DNA from: Balanoglossus misakiensis
Taxonomy: Eukaryota; Animalia; Hemichordata
Assembly (NCBI GenBank): GCA_040954595.2
Contig: JBECUI020000027.1
Span: 186,001 to 250,000, forward strand
DNA: 64,000 nt
Direction: 5' to 3'
Below the pieces are notes generated by a model that saw only the letters and a list, made by a program, of their open reading frames with translations, ran no database searches and was not told where the DNA came from. Shown here piece by piece: positions 22,915 through 33,599 of this stretch. The position numbers and the translations under genes were made by a program. Positions within the stretch are counted from its first letter, which is position 1. Each line of letters opens with the position of its first letter.

Positions 22915-22945
22915 CCCCAAGAGGAATCAAAATCCTCTTTTGGGG
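22915..22945 (+). terminator. Stem-loop downstream of ppdK
   Basis: ccccaagagga...tcctcttttgggg imperfect inverted repeat. Confidence 0.4.
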
Positions 22946-23059
22946 CCTTCTTCAATGGCGGTGCCCTTGACTTGTCCAAACCTTTTGGACATAGTATGAA
23001 TATATTAAAAAGAGTTGGTTTTTTTCCAACTCCTCAAAATGAGCAAGGAGATCTATTTA

Positions 23060-23149
23060 GTGTCCTGCGGGCGTAAGCGTAAACGTAAAAAAATTGCTAC
23101 CCACAAACGGAAAAAGAGACTAAGAAAAAATAGGCACAAGAATAAATAG
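23060..23149 (+). CDS. Small ribosomal protein bS22 (AURKAIP1/COX24-like), 29 aa, not in the ORF track
   Basis: AAGGAG RBS, GTG start, MSCGRKRKRKKIATHKRKKRLRKNRHKNK. Confidence 0.9.
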   Translation: MSCGRKRKRKKIATHKRKKRLRKNRHKNK

Positions 23150-23195
23150 ATGCCTGCCTGAGAATTTCTTTAATTCTTTTTTGATGCAAATAAAC

Positions 23196-23227
23196 GGCGG
23201 CTTCTTTTCATATGGAGCCGCTTTTTT
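23196..23227 (+). terminator. Intrinsic terminator after bS22
   Basis: gcggct..agccgc stem followed by tttttt. Confidence 0.65.
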
Positions 23228-23512
23228 CAGTGTAAAGAAAACCAGCTTTTTTATCCGCTATATGGTCTTCCTGATCTTAAAAAGTCGGTTCAATACATTT
23301 ATTAGGAGATTGTTTTAACCTTCCCAACGATTATGGGAGTTTATAATAAGCAACAAACAAATGAATATGAATACCGGAAGTCAGTGTGAGTAGGAACAAG
23401 ACCGTTTGCATAATCACCCTTCTTCATTATTTCTATGAAGTCTTTTTAGTGATTTTCATTGTAGAACACTGATTCTATTTTTATATTCCTTGAAGGATAT
23501 AACAAATACACC

Positions 23513-25253
23513 ATGACATTCCAAGATTTTCAATTTGATCAGAGAATTCAGAAGAGTATTGATAAGGCAGGGTTTGAATCGCCCATGCCTGTACAGGAAG
23601 AAACATTTAAGCTGCTTCTTCGAGATAAACGGGATGTTTACGTTAAATCGCAAACTGGAACGGGGAAAACTGCGGCCTTCATCCTGAGTATTTACCAATT
23701 AAAGCTTACAGAAAAAGAATGGGAGGACAAAAAAGCCCTGGTGGTTGTTCCTACCCGAGAACTTTCCCATTCAGATTGAACAAGAGGCCAAACTTTTAGG
23801 AAGCTATCTCGACTTCGTCATAGGAGCCGTGTACGGTGGTGTGGGTTACAAAAGCCAAGAGGCATTACTTGCTCAAGGGGTGGATTTTTTGATCGGTACC
23901 CCCGGGAGGCTTATCGATTTCAGCCAGAAAGGACTACTTGGATTTTCAAGAGTTTGGTTTTCTGGTCATTGATGAGGCCGATAGACTTTTTGACATGGGT
24001 TTTTCCCGGATCTGAAAAAAATTCTTAACAAGATGAGGCCCTATAATGAAAGGCGAACCATGCTTTTTCAGTGCCACTCTTAGCTCCCGAGTGGGCAATC
24101 TGGCCTGGGAATATATGAATAACCCCGGAGACGTAATCATTGATCCGGAAAAAGTTACCGTCGATACGGTAGTGCAGGAGCTCTACCATGTAGGCAAGGA
24201 GGAAAAGTTTGCCCTTCTTTTAGGGATCCTTAAAAAGAGAAGCCGCAAAGTGCCATAATTTTTACCAACACGCGTCACATGGCCTGGGAAGTAGCCAAAA
24301 GATTGGAAAAGAACGGACTAAAAGTCGAATGTCTGATGGGAGATCTTCCCCAATCGCAACGCTCCAGAATTGTCGAAAGGATTAAGCAAAAGGAACTTCA
24401 TTTCATGGTGGCCACCGATGTGGCAGCCAGAGGACTTCATATCAATGAATTGCATTACGTAATCAATTATGATGTGCCTCTGGAAGCTGAAAGCTATGTT
24501 CACAGGATTGGCCGTACTGCCCGGGCAGGGAAATCAGGAAAGACCATCACCCTGGCCTGTGAGGAATATGTCTATGGTCTTCTTCCCATAGAAAAATTTC
24601 TTAAGCGAAAAATTCCCGTAAAGTGGGCCGATGAAAGCCTTAAGGTTACCGACAAGAGTGCTGGAATGAATTTCCCACCCCAGGACAGGTACCGAGAGAT
24701 AGGAAAATCTTTTTCAGAGAAACGAGACTATAGAGATTCTGGACGGCAGAGAAGTGACCGTTCCTCCCGTTCCTCAGAGAGATATCCGAAAAGAAACGGC
24801 CGAAGCTCCCCTTCCTTAGAGCATAGGAAGCCCCAGATTAGCACCAGAAGTGCCAAGATTCAGGCCGTCATCTCCAAAGTGGTCAGTGAAGAATATCCGA
24901 GTAGAACACCATCGTTCCAGAAAAAGGAAACTCCTAGATACCCTCGAAGTTCTCGAAATCGTTCGCAAAAAACTGAATCCTACTCCAAAACAAGTTCTCA
25001 AAGACTAACAGCCTCCAGTTCCCTGGACGACAGGCTGGACTATTACAAGAAAAAGTATGGGGAAAATTTTCGTTCCAGCAATGCTTCTTCAGGAAAAACC
25101 TCCGAGAGTTTGTATAAGCTATCGCCTTCTGACAAGAAGCCTCAGCCTTCGTCCACAAGTCGCAAAGTGAATTCCCAGAGACGAACGGCTCCCGCTGCTC
25201 CTAAGCCAAAGAAGAGAGGATTCCTGAGCTGGCTTTTGGGAAAGAAGCCCTAG
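23513..25253 (+). pseudogene. DEAD-box RNA helicase (RhlB-like), split by ~4 frameshifts (possibly sequencing error)
   Basis: SQTGTGKT, PTREL, TPGRL, DEADRLFDMG (frame not in ORF track), FSAT, ATDVAARG, HRIGRTARAG; basic C-tail. Confidence 0.85.
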
Positions 25254-26083
25254 CGAACTTTTTTTAAGGAAAAAAAGGCCACCTGCCGTCCAGTCTTTCC
25301 CCCGCTTTTTCGGTAGGAGAAGAATTCTCGTTCTCGACAGGCCGTACAGAAGCCTGCTCTCCCTATATGCTCCTTTTTTAAACCAGCCTCCAGGAGCCAG
25401 GCAAGGTTTGCCGCTTCAAGGTCCAGGGAGTAAGCTCCGGAATTCTGAGGAGTAAATACCCCCGGAGGATAGGAAAAGTTTGCCGACATTTCTTCGAAGA
25501 CCTCCCTCCCCACAAAGTAGCAGCACGAGCTGATTCCAGGACCTATAACGGCCACCAGATCGGCTGGTCGGCTCCCTCGGCAGGCAACAAGCTGGCTTAC
25601 TGCCGCCGCCGTTATGCCCTGGGCCGTCCCCCGCCATCCGGCATGGCAAAGAGCCCCACTTTGTTGTTCGGGATCATAAAGGATAACCGGAAGACAGTCT
25701 GCCAGAAACACAACCAATAAGGCTCCGGTCTGGGTGACGAGTAAGGCATCCGTCCTGGAAATAGAAGGATGCTCCGAGTCTCGTCCCGAACCACATGCTT
25801 TAGCATCAACAAGAGCAATCTCCTTACCATGGACCTGTTCCCCCGAGGTCCAGGAAGACAGATCGTAGCCGAGGGCGGACAGGAAATAACGGCGATTCTC
25901 CTGGACAGTCTCAGAATCCTCCCCAACCGCATAGGCAAGATTAAGGGACTCCCAAGGACCGCTACCAAGTCCACCGCCCCGGGTGCTCAACCCCGCCTCG
26001 ATGAAGCTATTCCATGGCTTCAAGGCATTCCAGCGGTAAAACACCAAGCCGCCTTGAGTTTCTTTTGTCATTCCATCGATCAT
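25250..26083 (-). CDS. pgeF: PgeF/YfiH family (laccase-domain / purine nucleoside phosphorylase-like) protein
   Basis: STRGGG, QVHG, ADCLPV, HAGWRGT, IGPGI, CTAC..FFSYR. Confidence 0.9.
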   Translation of the reverse strand: MIDGMTKETQGGLVFYRWNALKPWNSFIEAGLSTRGGGLGSGPWESLNLAYAVGEDSETVQENRRYFLSALGYDLSSWTSGEQVHGKEIALVDAKACGSGRDSEHPSISRTDALLVTQTGALLVVFLADCLPVILYDPEQQSGALCHAGWRGTAQGITAAAVSQLVACRGSRPADLVAVIGPGISSCCYFVGREVFEEMSANFSYPPGVFTPQNSGAYSLDLEAANLAWLLEAGLKKEHIGRAGFCTACREREFFSYRKSGGKTGRQVAFFSLKKVR

Positions 26084-26361
26084 CTACCTGCCTCCTCCAA
26101 GCAACCAGCTTATTATCCTGCAGGAACTTCCTTGGTATCAAAGACTAAAACACACTATTGTTCCTGCAAACTTATTCCCTTGAGTGCAGCACTATGCACC
26201 GTGAATCAGAAAAACAAAGAACCAGAAGCTATGGTTCTGAAAAGGGAAGTGAGACTTGCTAATTCCACCTGTAAGTATTATGTTGTGGTATTCACCTTGC
26301 CTAGTACCTGTATGTCGATTAACCAGACAGATAGCCTAGGGTAGGAAATGGAGAGGAAAAA

Positions 26362-26915
26362 ATGTCTCTACGTGTTGCTGTGGCCTTAGCCGATGGATTT
26401 GAAGAAGTGGAAGCGGTTACTCCCATAGACTTCTTACGCCGGGCAGGGGTAGACCTTGCCATATTGGGAGTAGGTACCCGAAAACCTGTGGGGGCCAAGG
26501 GTGTCCAGATTTTTGCAGATGGCTTAATAAACGATGCCACGGTATCTCTGACGGCATTGTTCTACCCGGTGGATTGCCTGGGGCCGAAAACCTGTCTAAA
26601 TCAAGAGAGCTTCGAGATATTGTCCTAAAGCTTTTTTCCGAAGGAAAACTGATTGGGGCAATTTGTGCAGCACCGGCACTGGCCCTGGGGAGTTTTGGAA
26701 TTTTAAAAGGACGACAGTTCACCTGCTATCCTGGCTTTGAAACCCACGTAACCGAAGGCACCTTTTTAGAAGATAGGGTGGTCCAGGACGGCAACCTGAT
26801 TACCAGTAGAGGCGTTGGCACAGCTGCCGATTTTTCCCTTGCCCTGGTAAAAACTACCTCCTGGGAGATAAAAGCAGCCAGGAAGCTGGCTCAGGAGACC
26901 CTACACAAGTTTTGA
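26362..26915 (+). pseudogene. DJ-1/YajL/PfpI family protein, frameshifted
   Basis: LADGFEEVEA..PID.LRRAG, then PGAENL, AICAAP, TCYPG, ITSRG in another frame. Confidence 0.85.
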
Positions 26916-26999
26916 TTTTTCTCTACTGAAACACTTCAGCTTGTGGGGACGGGCAAAGAAGCGCCAGTATCTTGTCTAGGGAGCGATTTTTTTTTATTT

Positions 27000-28285
27000 C
27001 TACAGCCAACAGTCTGTCCCTGGCCTTGTTACGGTAATTTTTATCCTGAAAGTTATAATGAAAATCGGTATGAAGTCGTAGTTCCCCTGACTCAAGGCAT
27101 AGGTGTCTTCGGCCATAACGAGTTCTTCGTCGGTAGGTATGACAAAGATTTTCACCGGAGAATCATCTGAAGATATGCAAGTCTCGGCATTACGAGTTCG
27201 GGAAATCTCGTTTTTTTCTTTATCGATGACAATATTCATAGATTCCAGTCCAGAAAGAGCCCCGAGACGGTAAGAGGGATTCATCTCGCCCACACCAGCT
27301 GTAAAAACAATGGCATCCAGCCGACCCACCGCAGCATAATAGGCCCCCAGATATTTGCGAATGCGGTAAGTTTCCATGTTCTGAGCTAGAAGACAACGCT
27401 CGTTTCCTTCCATCACCCTTTCTGCACATCCCGACGGTCAATAAGGTTTTCGGTAATACCCAAGATACCGCTTCTCTTGTTCAGAATATTGTCGATTTTT
27501 ATAGGGCTAAGATTTTCCCTCCGCATAATGTAACTGGTGATAGCCGGATCAAAATCCCCAGAACGCGTCCCCATGATAAGTCCTTCCAAGGGAGTCATCC
27601 CCATGGAAGTATCGATACTCACTCCTCCTTTTACGGCACAGACAGAGGCACCGTTACCGATATGGGCAATGATCAGATTCGTTTCTTTAGGCTCCTTTCC
27701 AAGAAGTACTGCCGCCCTCTTGGCGATATACAAATAAGAAGTCCCATGAAAACCATAGCGACGAACGTTGTGTTGTGTGTACCAATGGTAGGGAAGAGCG
27801 TACATATAGCTGGAAGCAGGCATGGTCTGGTGCCAGGCTGTGTCCATTATGGCACAGTGAGGAACCTGGGGAAGTATGGCTTGGGCTGCCTGAATACCAA
27901 TAAGATTTGCCGGGTTGTGGAGGGGGGCCAGAGGAGATACAGCCCTAAGCTCTTTCAGGACATCTTCCGTTAGGGTTACCGACCGGGTGAATTTCTCTCC
28001 CCCATGAACAACTCTATGCCCTACGGCCTTTACAGCATCCATGGAGTCCAGATAACCTACCTTCGGATCACTAAGAACCTGCATAATCCATTCGACAGCC
28101 TCCTTATGAGAAGAGCAGGACCTCACTGCCCTGTAAGATTCTTTCCCCAAAGACGTATGGACTATGGTTGATTCTTCTTGACCTATACGCTCCACGTATC
28201 CCAGGCCAAGAACCTCTTTTTTGTCCCAGTGATAGACCTGATATTTTGTAGAAGAACTACCACAGTTGAGAGTAAGGATTACCAC
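27000..28285 (-). pseudogene. ackA: Acetate kinase, frameshifted near 27415 and at the 3' end
   Basis: LNCGSSSTKY, GHRVVHGG, APLHNP, YGFHGTS, TSMGMTPLEG, VFTAGVGE, IPTDEE. Confidence 0.92.
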
Positions 28286-28582
28286 AGAGCAAAACCTCCG
28301 AAAGTTTCGGGTCCTGATATTAGTTTAATGTAAAAAGTAAGGCAAGGCTTTTTTTGATCTTGTTCACCCTATAGTGAGGACATCATTTATCTGATCATAA
28401 ACAAACTGAGCATAATGGAGTGATTTCTCAGTTGTTATTGAAACAAACATCTCCCTTGGCTTGTCTTACCTTACAAGGAACACTTTGACCAACGGAGGAA
28501 AAATGCCTGTTCTTCCCTGCTCTCCCAGCTCGAATTCTTACCCTAAACCATACCTCTTCAAGAACTTGTTCTGGGGCTTCTC

Positions 28583-29890
28583 TTGCTAAGGATACTATTT
28601 TTTTTAAAAGTTATGTGTTTTTTCTTCATCCTTTTGGGGATGGTGAGACCTGAACTGTGGGCCCGGAATCGCTCCGACCTGTCTATGGAAGGACATGGAA
28701 GCGGTACAATAGCCCTGCAATACCGCTTCCTGTGGAAGAAGCTGGATTTGGGAATGAGGGTCAAGTATCTTTCTCCCCATAGTTTTCAAGGAATGGCAGG
28801 AATCAACTTGCCATTCCTGGCCCTGGGACACTTAAAGGAGTCGGGACTGCTCAAAGAAGTCCGCCAACCTGGTCCCGAGGCCCTGGCCCGGGGAGGAGAA
28901 AGAACACGATTGTGGGCCGACACCTTATCCAACTCTTCTTCATCCTGGGGTATTGCCTTTTTTCCCTGGTCCGATATTTTGGGAATAGTCTATGGCCAAA
29001 GGGAGAAAGATCATTATTTGACTTTTTGGATTCGCCCCCTTGCTGGGGAAAACCTGGAGATGGAGCTCTTATTGATGGGGTCCTATGGAAAGGGGAGCAC
29101 CCCAGAATCCTTGTGGTATCCTCCCGAAACAGGGCAGGCTGGAGGATACAGGGGACTAAGCGCCCTGCGGAGCACTTTAAACTTTCCCGGAGTAATGCTG
29201 AGCGGAACCTTGATGCTGTCTCTCGGCGAAACTCTTCGTCCAGGTCTCATGGCCAGTTTATCTTTTAATGCCAGCGATCGAAAAGGACCATGGATGTTCC
29301 AGAGTCGCCTTACCGCCCGAAGCCCCTATTTTCGCAATGCCGATGCTGCAATTCCCCCCGCCCTTTACGGTTTGGCATTGGATCTTACACGCCGGCCCAG
29401 CCAGGGATTTCTTCTGGGCCTGGATTATCTGGCCCAGATAGAACTCAGCGTGATTGAAGAGAAGATTTTTAATGACAAGGGCGCTTTACGGTTGGGGTGG
29501 AAAGGGAAAGTCTGGTCTATCGAAGGAAGCAGCTATTTCAGGAATCTGATTTCAGAGTCTCCTGAGAGTCCCCATCGGTATAGAATAACTGGAAATCTAG
29601 AAGGGGAAAAACTTGATGGACGTTTGAGTTTTGCCTGGGATAGGGAACAAGGTTTCACCCTGGGCTTAAAAGGGGATTTGATTCTGGGAGAAAGTTTTTC
29701 AGGGTATGGAGAAGGTCTTGTAAGATTCTGGCAGTCCAAACTGATTTTTGCTTTTGAGATGGGAGTAAAGTTAAATTTTTCCCAATCTCTCCTACGTCTG
29801 GACTTTGAGATTGGGGAATTTGATTTTCAGTCAGCGCCAATAAACCTCGGAGATCTTCATATTGCTATACGATGGGTCTACTATTTTTAA
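28583..29890 (+). CDS. Hypothetical exported protein, possible outer-membrane beta-barrel
   Basis: Signal-like N-terminus, alternating hydrophobic strands, C-terminal aromatic WVYYF; start uncertain. Confidence 0.55.
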   Translation: MLRILFFLKVMCFFFILLGMVRPELWARNRSDLSMEGHGSGTIALQYRFLWKKLDLGMRVKYLSPHSFQGMAGINLPFLALGHLKESGLLKEVRQPGPEALARGGERTRLWADTLSNSSSSWGIAFFPWSDILGIVYGQREKDHYLTFWIRPLAGENLEMELLLMGSYGKGSTPESLWYPPETGQAGGYRGLSALRSTLNFPGVMLSGTLMLSLGETLRPGLMASLSFNASDRKGPWMFQSRLTARSPYFRNADAAIPPALYGLALDLTRRPSQGFLLGLDYLAQIELSVIEEKIFNDKGALRLGWKGKVWSIEGSSYFRNLISESPESPHRYRITGNLEGEKLDGRLSFAWDREQGFTLGLKGDLILGESFSGYGEGLVRFWQSKLIFAFEMGVKLNFSQSLLRLDFEIGEFDFQSAPINLGDLHIAIRWVYYF

Positions 29891-29910
29891 GCCTCGTTCT
29901 AGGTGGAATT

Positions 29911-30624
29911 CTACCGACAGGCATCGATAAAGCAGCTGAAAATCTTTAAAGTCTGGGGAAACTTCTGAACAAGGGCCTCCGGATGCCACTGCACTCCCAT
30001 AACGTATTTCTTGCCGGGAAATTCCAGCCCTTCGATCAAGCCATCATCGGACATGGCATTGACCACAAGTCCCTCTCCCAGATCTTTGATCCCTTGATTA
30101 TGGAAGGAATTGACAAAAATATGATTATCATCAAAGCAGCGGCTAAGAAGAGTCCCTTCTTTGATGGTGACTCCGTGAACAGGATGACACATGGCCGTGG
30201 GCATGACCATATGCCAATAATCCGTCTTTTTCTGGCTATTGAGATTCTGATAAAGGGAGCCTCCCAGGGTCACATTGAGCAACTGAACACCCCGGCAGAT
30301 TCCAAAAATGGGAAGATTGTTTTCCAGAGCTTTCCTGCATAAAGCCATTTCCCACAGATCCCGGTCGGGATTTATTTTTTGTATATCTTTTATAGGCTGT
30401 TCCCCGTAATGCAGGGGTAGGATGTCTTCTCCCCCCGTCAAAAGAAGGCCATCAAGCTTATCGAGAATTTCTTCTGCCAGGCCCAGATCATCAATCTGGG
30501 GCACGACCAGGGGCAAGCCTCCGGCAGCAATTATGGAATATGAATAGGTATGGGAAACACTACAACAAGACTGCATTTTCTGCTCTAGGATGCTGGAGCT
30601 TACTCCAATGAAAGGTTTCTTCAT
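29911..30624 (-). CDS. Peptidase C26 / gamma-glutamyl-gamma-aminobutyrate hydrolase family
   Basis: LDGLLLTGGED, GICRGVQ, VNSFHNQ, GVQWHPE. Confidence 0.9.
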   Translation of the reverse strand: MKKPFIGVSSSILEQKMQSCCSVSHTYSYSIIAAGGLPLVVPQIDDLGLAEEILDKLDGLLLTGGEDILPLHYGEQPIKDIQKINPDRDLWEMALCRKALENNLPIFGICRGVQLLNVTLGGSLYQNLNSQKKTDYWHMVMPTAMCHPVHGVTIKEGTLLSRCFDDNHIFVNSFHNQGIKDLGEGLVVNAMSDDGLIEGLEFPGKKYVMGVQWHPEALVQKFPQTLKIFSCFIDACR

Positions 30625-32630
30625 TTAAAAAATTCCTTGCTTTGTATAGATTTCCAGTAAAAACAGGAAACAAAATGATTGGGAGCAGCCTCCTCCATCG
30701 GCGGGCGACTTGCTTCGCAATTAGGCTGACTGTATGGACAACGAGAAGAAAATTTGCACCCTGATGGAGAATGCAAAGGACTGGGAGGCTCTCCTTCAAG
30801 TAGTATTTTCTTCTTTTTCCCACCTAAATCTGGTATAGGTATGCAGGAGAGTAGAGCCTTGGTATAAGGGTGAAGAGGGTTTGTGTACAGATCTGTTGCG
30901 GGACTGACTTCGACAATGCTACCCAAATACATAATGGCTACATTATTGCAAATATGCTTGAGAACGGAAAGATCATGAGTAATAAACAGACTGGAAAGTT
31001 TTAGCTGCTTTTGGAGTTCCTTTATTAAATTGATTATCTGGGCCTGGATAGAAACGTCTAGAGCCGAGACCGGTTCATCGGCTATCAGAACCTGGGGTTC
31101 ACAAGCCAGGGCTCGGGCAATGGCAATTCTCTGACGCTGCCCGCCGGAAAATTCATGGGGATAGCGATCCTTATATTCCCGAAGCAGTCCACAGAGCTCA
31201 AAATACCTGTCTATCTCAGCAGAGGGATCCTTATGGGGAAAGTGAAAACGTATCGGTTCGGCAAGAATGTCCTGAATGGTCATCCGGGGATTCAGAGATG
31301 AGTAAGGATCCTGGAAGATCATTTGCAAGTTCGGTCGGATGGGCCTCCACTCTTTAAAGGAAAGCTCAGAAAGATTCTGCCCCTGGTAGAAGACACGGCC
31401 CGATGTAATTTTAACCAGGTTAACAATAGCTCTTCCCGTAGTAGACTTTCCACACCCCGATTCCCCGGCAAGACCCAGTATTTTTCCCTTTTCCAGGGTG
31501 AGGTTTATTCCATCTACGGCTTTTACAACCTTTTTCCCCCAACTTCTTTTGACGGGGAAATGTACCTTAAGGTCCTTAAGCTCCAGGATGGTTTCAAGCA
31601 TCATCATTACTCCCATAGAGCCAGCAGCGAACATAATGTCCATGGTCCACGAGGTTTCTACCGGTTCTTGTTTATGACAGATATCCATGGCCCGGGGGCA
31701 ACGGGGAGCAAAGCGGCAGCCCTTGGGCAGATGCAGAAGATTGGACATCATGCCTTCAATAACAGGCAGCTCTTCCTGTTCCTTATCTAGCCGGGGAATG
31801 CAGTTTTTAAGCCCTTCCACATAGGGGTGTTTTGAGCCATGGAAAATCTGTTCCACAGACCCGTATTCAACGATGCGGCCGGCATACATCACAGCCGCAG
31901 TATCGGCAAGCTCCGCTACTACTCCCATATCGTGGGTAATGAACAATACCGCCATCTCTTGTTCTTGCTGAAGTTTTTTAAGCAGCCGCATCAGTTGTTC
32001 TTGAATGGTTACATCCAAGGCAGAAGTTGGTTCGTCGGCTATAAGCAGAGAAGGGCCACAGGCCAGGGCCATAGCAATCATCACTCTTTGACGCATACCA
32101 CCACTTAGCTGGACTGGATATTCATGAAATCTATCCTCAGGAGAGGGAATTCCCACCATACGGAGCAAGTCAACGGCTTTCTTTTGAGCCTCTTTGGGAG
32201 AAAGTTTTCGGTGTATCCGTAAAGGTTCTGCTATCTGCTTGCCCACCTTGTGAACGGGATTAAGAGAAGTCATGGGTTCCTGGAAGATCATGGCGATTTC
32301 GTTACCCCGTATTTTCTGCATCTGCGCAGGGGTATATTTTAGAAGATCTTCGCCCTTAAAAAGAATTTCTCCTGCCTCGTAGTATCCCGGGGGAACGGCA
32401 ATCAACTGCATAATGGAAAGAGAGGTAAGAGATTTTCCCGCACCCGATTCCCCAACTAGGGCCACGGTTTCTCCTTCAAGAATTTCTAAATTTATACCAT
32501 CGCAGCCCCGGATAATTCCCTCTTCAGTAGCAAAGCAGGTTTTCAGATTCTTTATTTCCAACAATGTTTGCTTTTTCTGTCTGTTCATTTCCCTTGAAGT
32601 CCTAATCGAGCAGCTTTGAATCCAAAGCAT
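30621..32630 (-). CDS. Dpp/Opp ABC ATPases DppD + DppF (apparent fusion caused by an indel near 31660)
   Basis: Two GESG.GKS Walker A motifs, LSGGMRQR and FSGGQRQR, two Cys-rich C-tails. Confidence 0.9.
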   Translation of the reverse strand: MLWIQSCSIRTSREMNRQKKQTLLEIKNLKTCFATEEGIIRGCDGINLEILEGETVALVGESGAGKSLTSLSIMQLIAVPPGYYEAGEILFKGEDLLKYTPAQMQKIRGNEIAMIFQEPMTSLNPVHKVGKQIAEPLRIHRKLSPKEAQKKAVDLLRMVGIPSPEDRFHEYPVQLSGGMRQRVMIAMALACGPSLLIADEPTSALDVTIQEQLMRLLKKLQQEQEMAVLFITHDMGVVAELADTAAVMYAGRIVEYGSVEQIFHGSKHPYVEGLKNCIPRLDKEQEELPVIEGMMSNLLHLPKGCRFAPRCPRAMDICHKQEPVETSWTMDIMFAAGSMGVMMMLETILELKDLKVHFPVKRSWGKKVVKAVDGINLTLEKGKILGLAGESGCGKSTTGRAIVNLVKITSGRVFYQGQNLSELSFKEWRPIRPNLQMIFQDPYSSLNPRMTIQDILAEPIRFHFPHKDPSAEIDRYFELCGLLREYKDRYPHEFSGGQRQRIAIARALACEPQVLIADEPVSALDVSIQAQIINLIKELQKQLKLSSLFITHDLSVLKHICNNVAIMYLGSIVEVSPATDLYTNPLHPYTKALLSCIPIPDLGGKKKKILLEGEPPSPLHSPSGCKFSSRCPYSQPNCEASRPPMEEAAPNHFVSCFYWKSIQSKEFFK

Positions 32631-33591
32631 CCCTGATTCCGTCTCCCAGAAGGTTCATTGAAAAAACAATGAGTAAAATAGTCAAACCGGGAAAAATAGA
32701 CAGGGAAATGTTTTGAGAGAGATATTGTTGGCTGGAGGATAACATGTAGCCCAGGCTGGCCATGGGGGGCTGTATACCCAAACCTAGAAAACTAAGTCCC
32801 GCCACAGTTATAATCGTTTCGCCAATACGCAGGGATGCCAGTACAATTATGGGAGCCAAGCAGTTAGGCAGTATGTGCCGGAACAGCAGGATACTATTGG
32901 GAAGCCCCAAAACCCTGCCGGCAGCCACATAGTCTTGTTCTTTTAAACTCAACACAGACCCTCGGATAATCCTGGCAAAGGAAAGAATCTCCGTAAGAGA
33001 GACCACGATTATCAGTTTGATCAGCCCCGTACCCAAAATGGCCATGATGGCAATGGCCAGAAGAATAAAGGGAATGGAATTCCATATTTCCAGCATTCTC
33101 ATAATAATCATGTCCACTTTCCCTCCATAGAAACCAGCATTCATGCCCAAAATTGTACCCACAATACAGTTCAGGATGACTGCTGTGAAGCCCAATCCCA
33201 GGGCCACACGGGAGCCATAGAGAATCCGGGAAAAAACATCCCGGCCCAGTTCATCTGTCCCCATCCAGTGTTCTTGCGACGGCCCCTGCAGCAGGGCCGA
33301 CCAGTCTATTTCGTTCGGAGGATAGGGAGCCACAAAGGGAGCCAAAATAGAAAGATAAAGAATCAACATCAAAACAATCAAACCACATATGGCCCTTTTG
33401 TCCTTTTTGAACTTGTGGAAGATTCTGTCCATGGACGTTTTCCTCTTTTTTCTCAGGGAGGGAAGAAAGAGCAGAACGGTCAGAAGGGAAAAAAGCATTA
33501 GAGACCAGATTTCATCTTTGTTCAACGGGACATTCAAAAAAAAGCATGGAAGGATAATGGCAACATTCAGGATCCTAAGAACTTTCTTCAT
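32602..33591 (-). CDS. Peptide ABC permease (DppC/OppC)
   Basis: HWMGTDELGRDVFSR, RHILPN, LSFLGLG. Confidence 0.92.
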   Translation of the reverse strand: MKKVLRILNVAIILPCFFLNVPLNKDEIWSLMLFSLLTVLLFLPSLRKKRKTSMDRIFHKFKKDKRAICGLIVLMLILYLSILAPFVAPYPPNEIDWSALLQGPSQEHWMGTDELGRDVFSRILYGSRVALGLGFTAVILNCIVGTILGMNAGFYGGKVDMIIMRMLEIWNSIPFILLAIAIMAILGTGLIKLIIVVSLTEILSFARIIRGSVLSLKEQDYVAAGRVLGLPNSILLFRHILPNCLAPIIVLASLRIGETIITVAGLSFLGLGIQPPMASLGYMLSSSQQYLSQNISLSIFPGLTILLIVFSMNLLGDGIRDALDSKLLD

Positions 33592-33599
33592 CCGACCTC

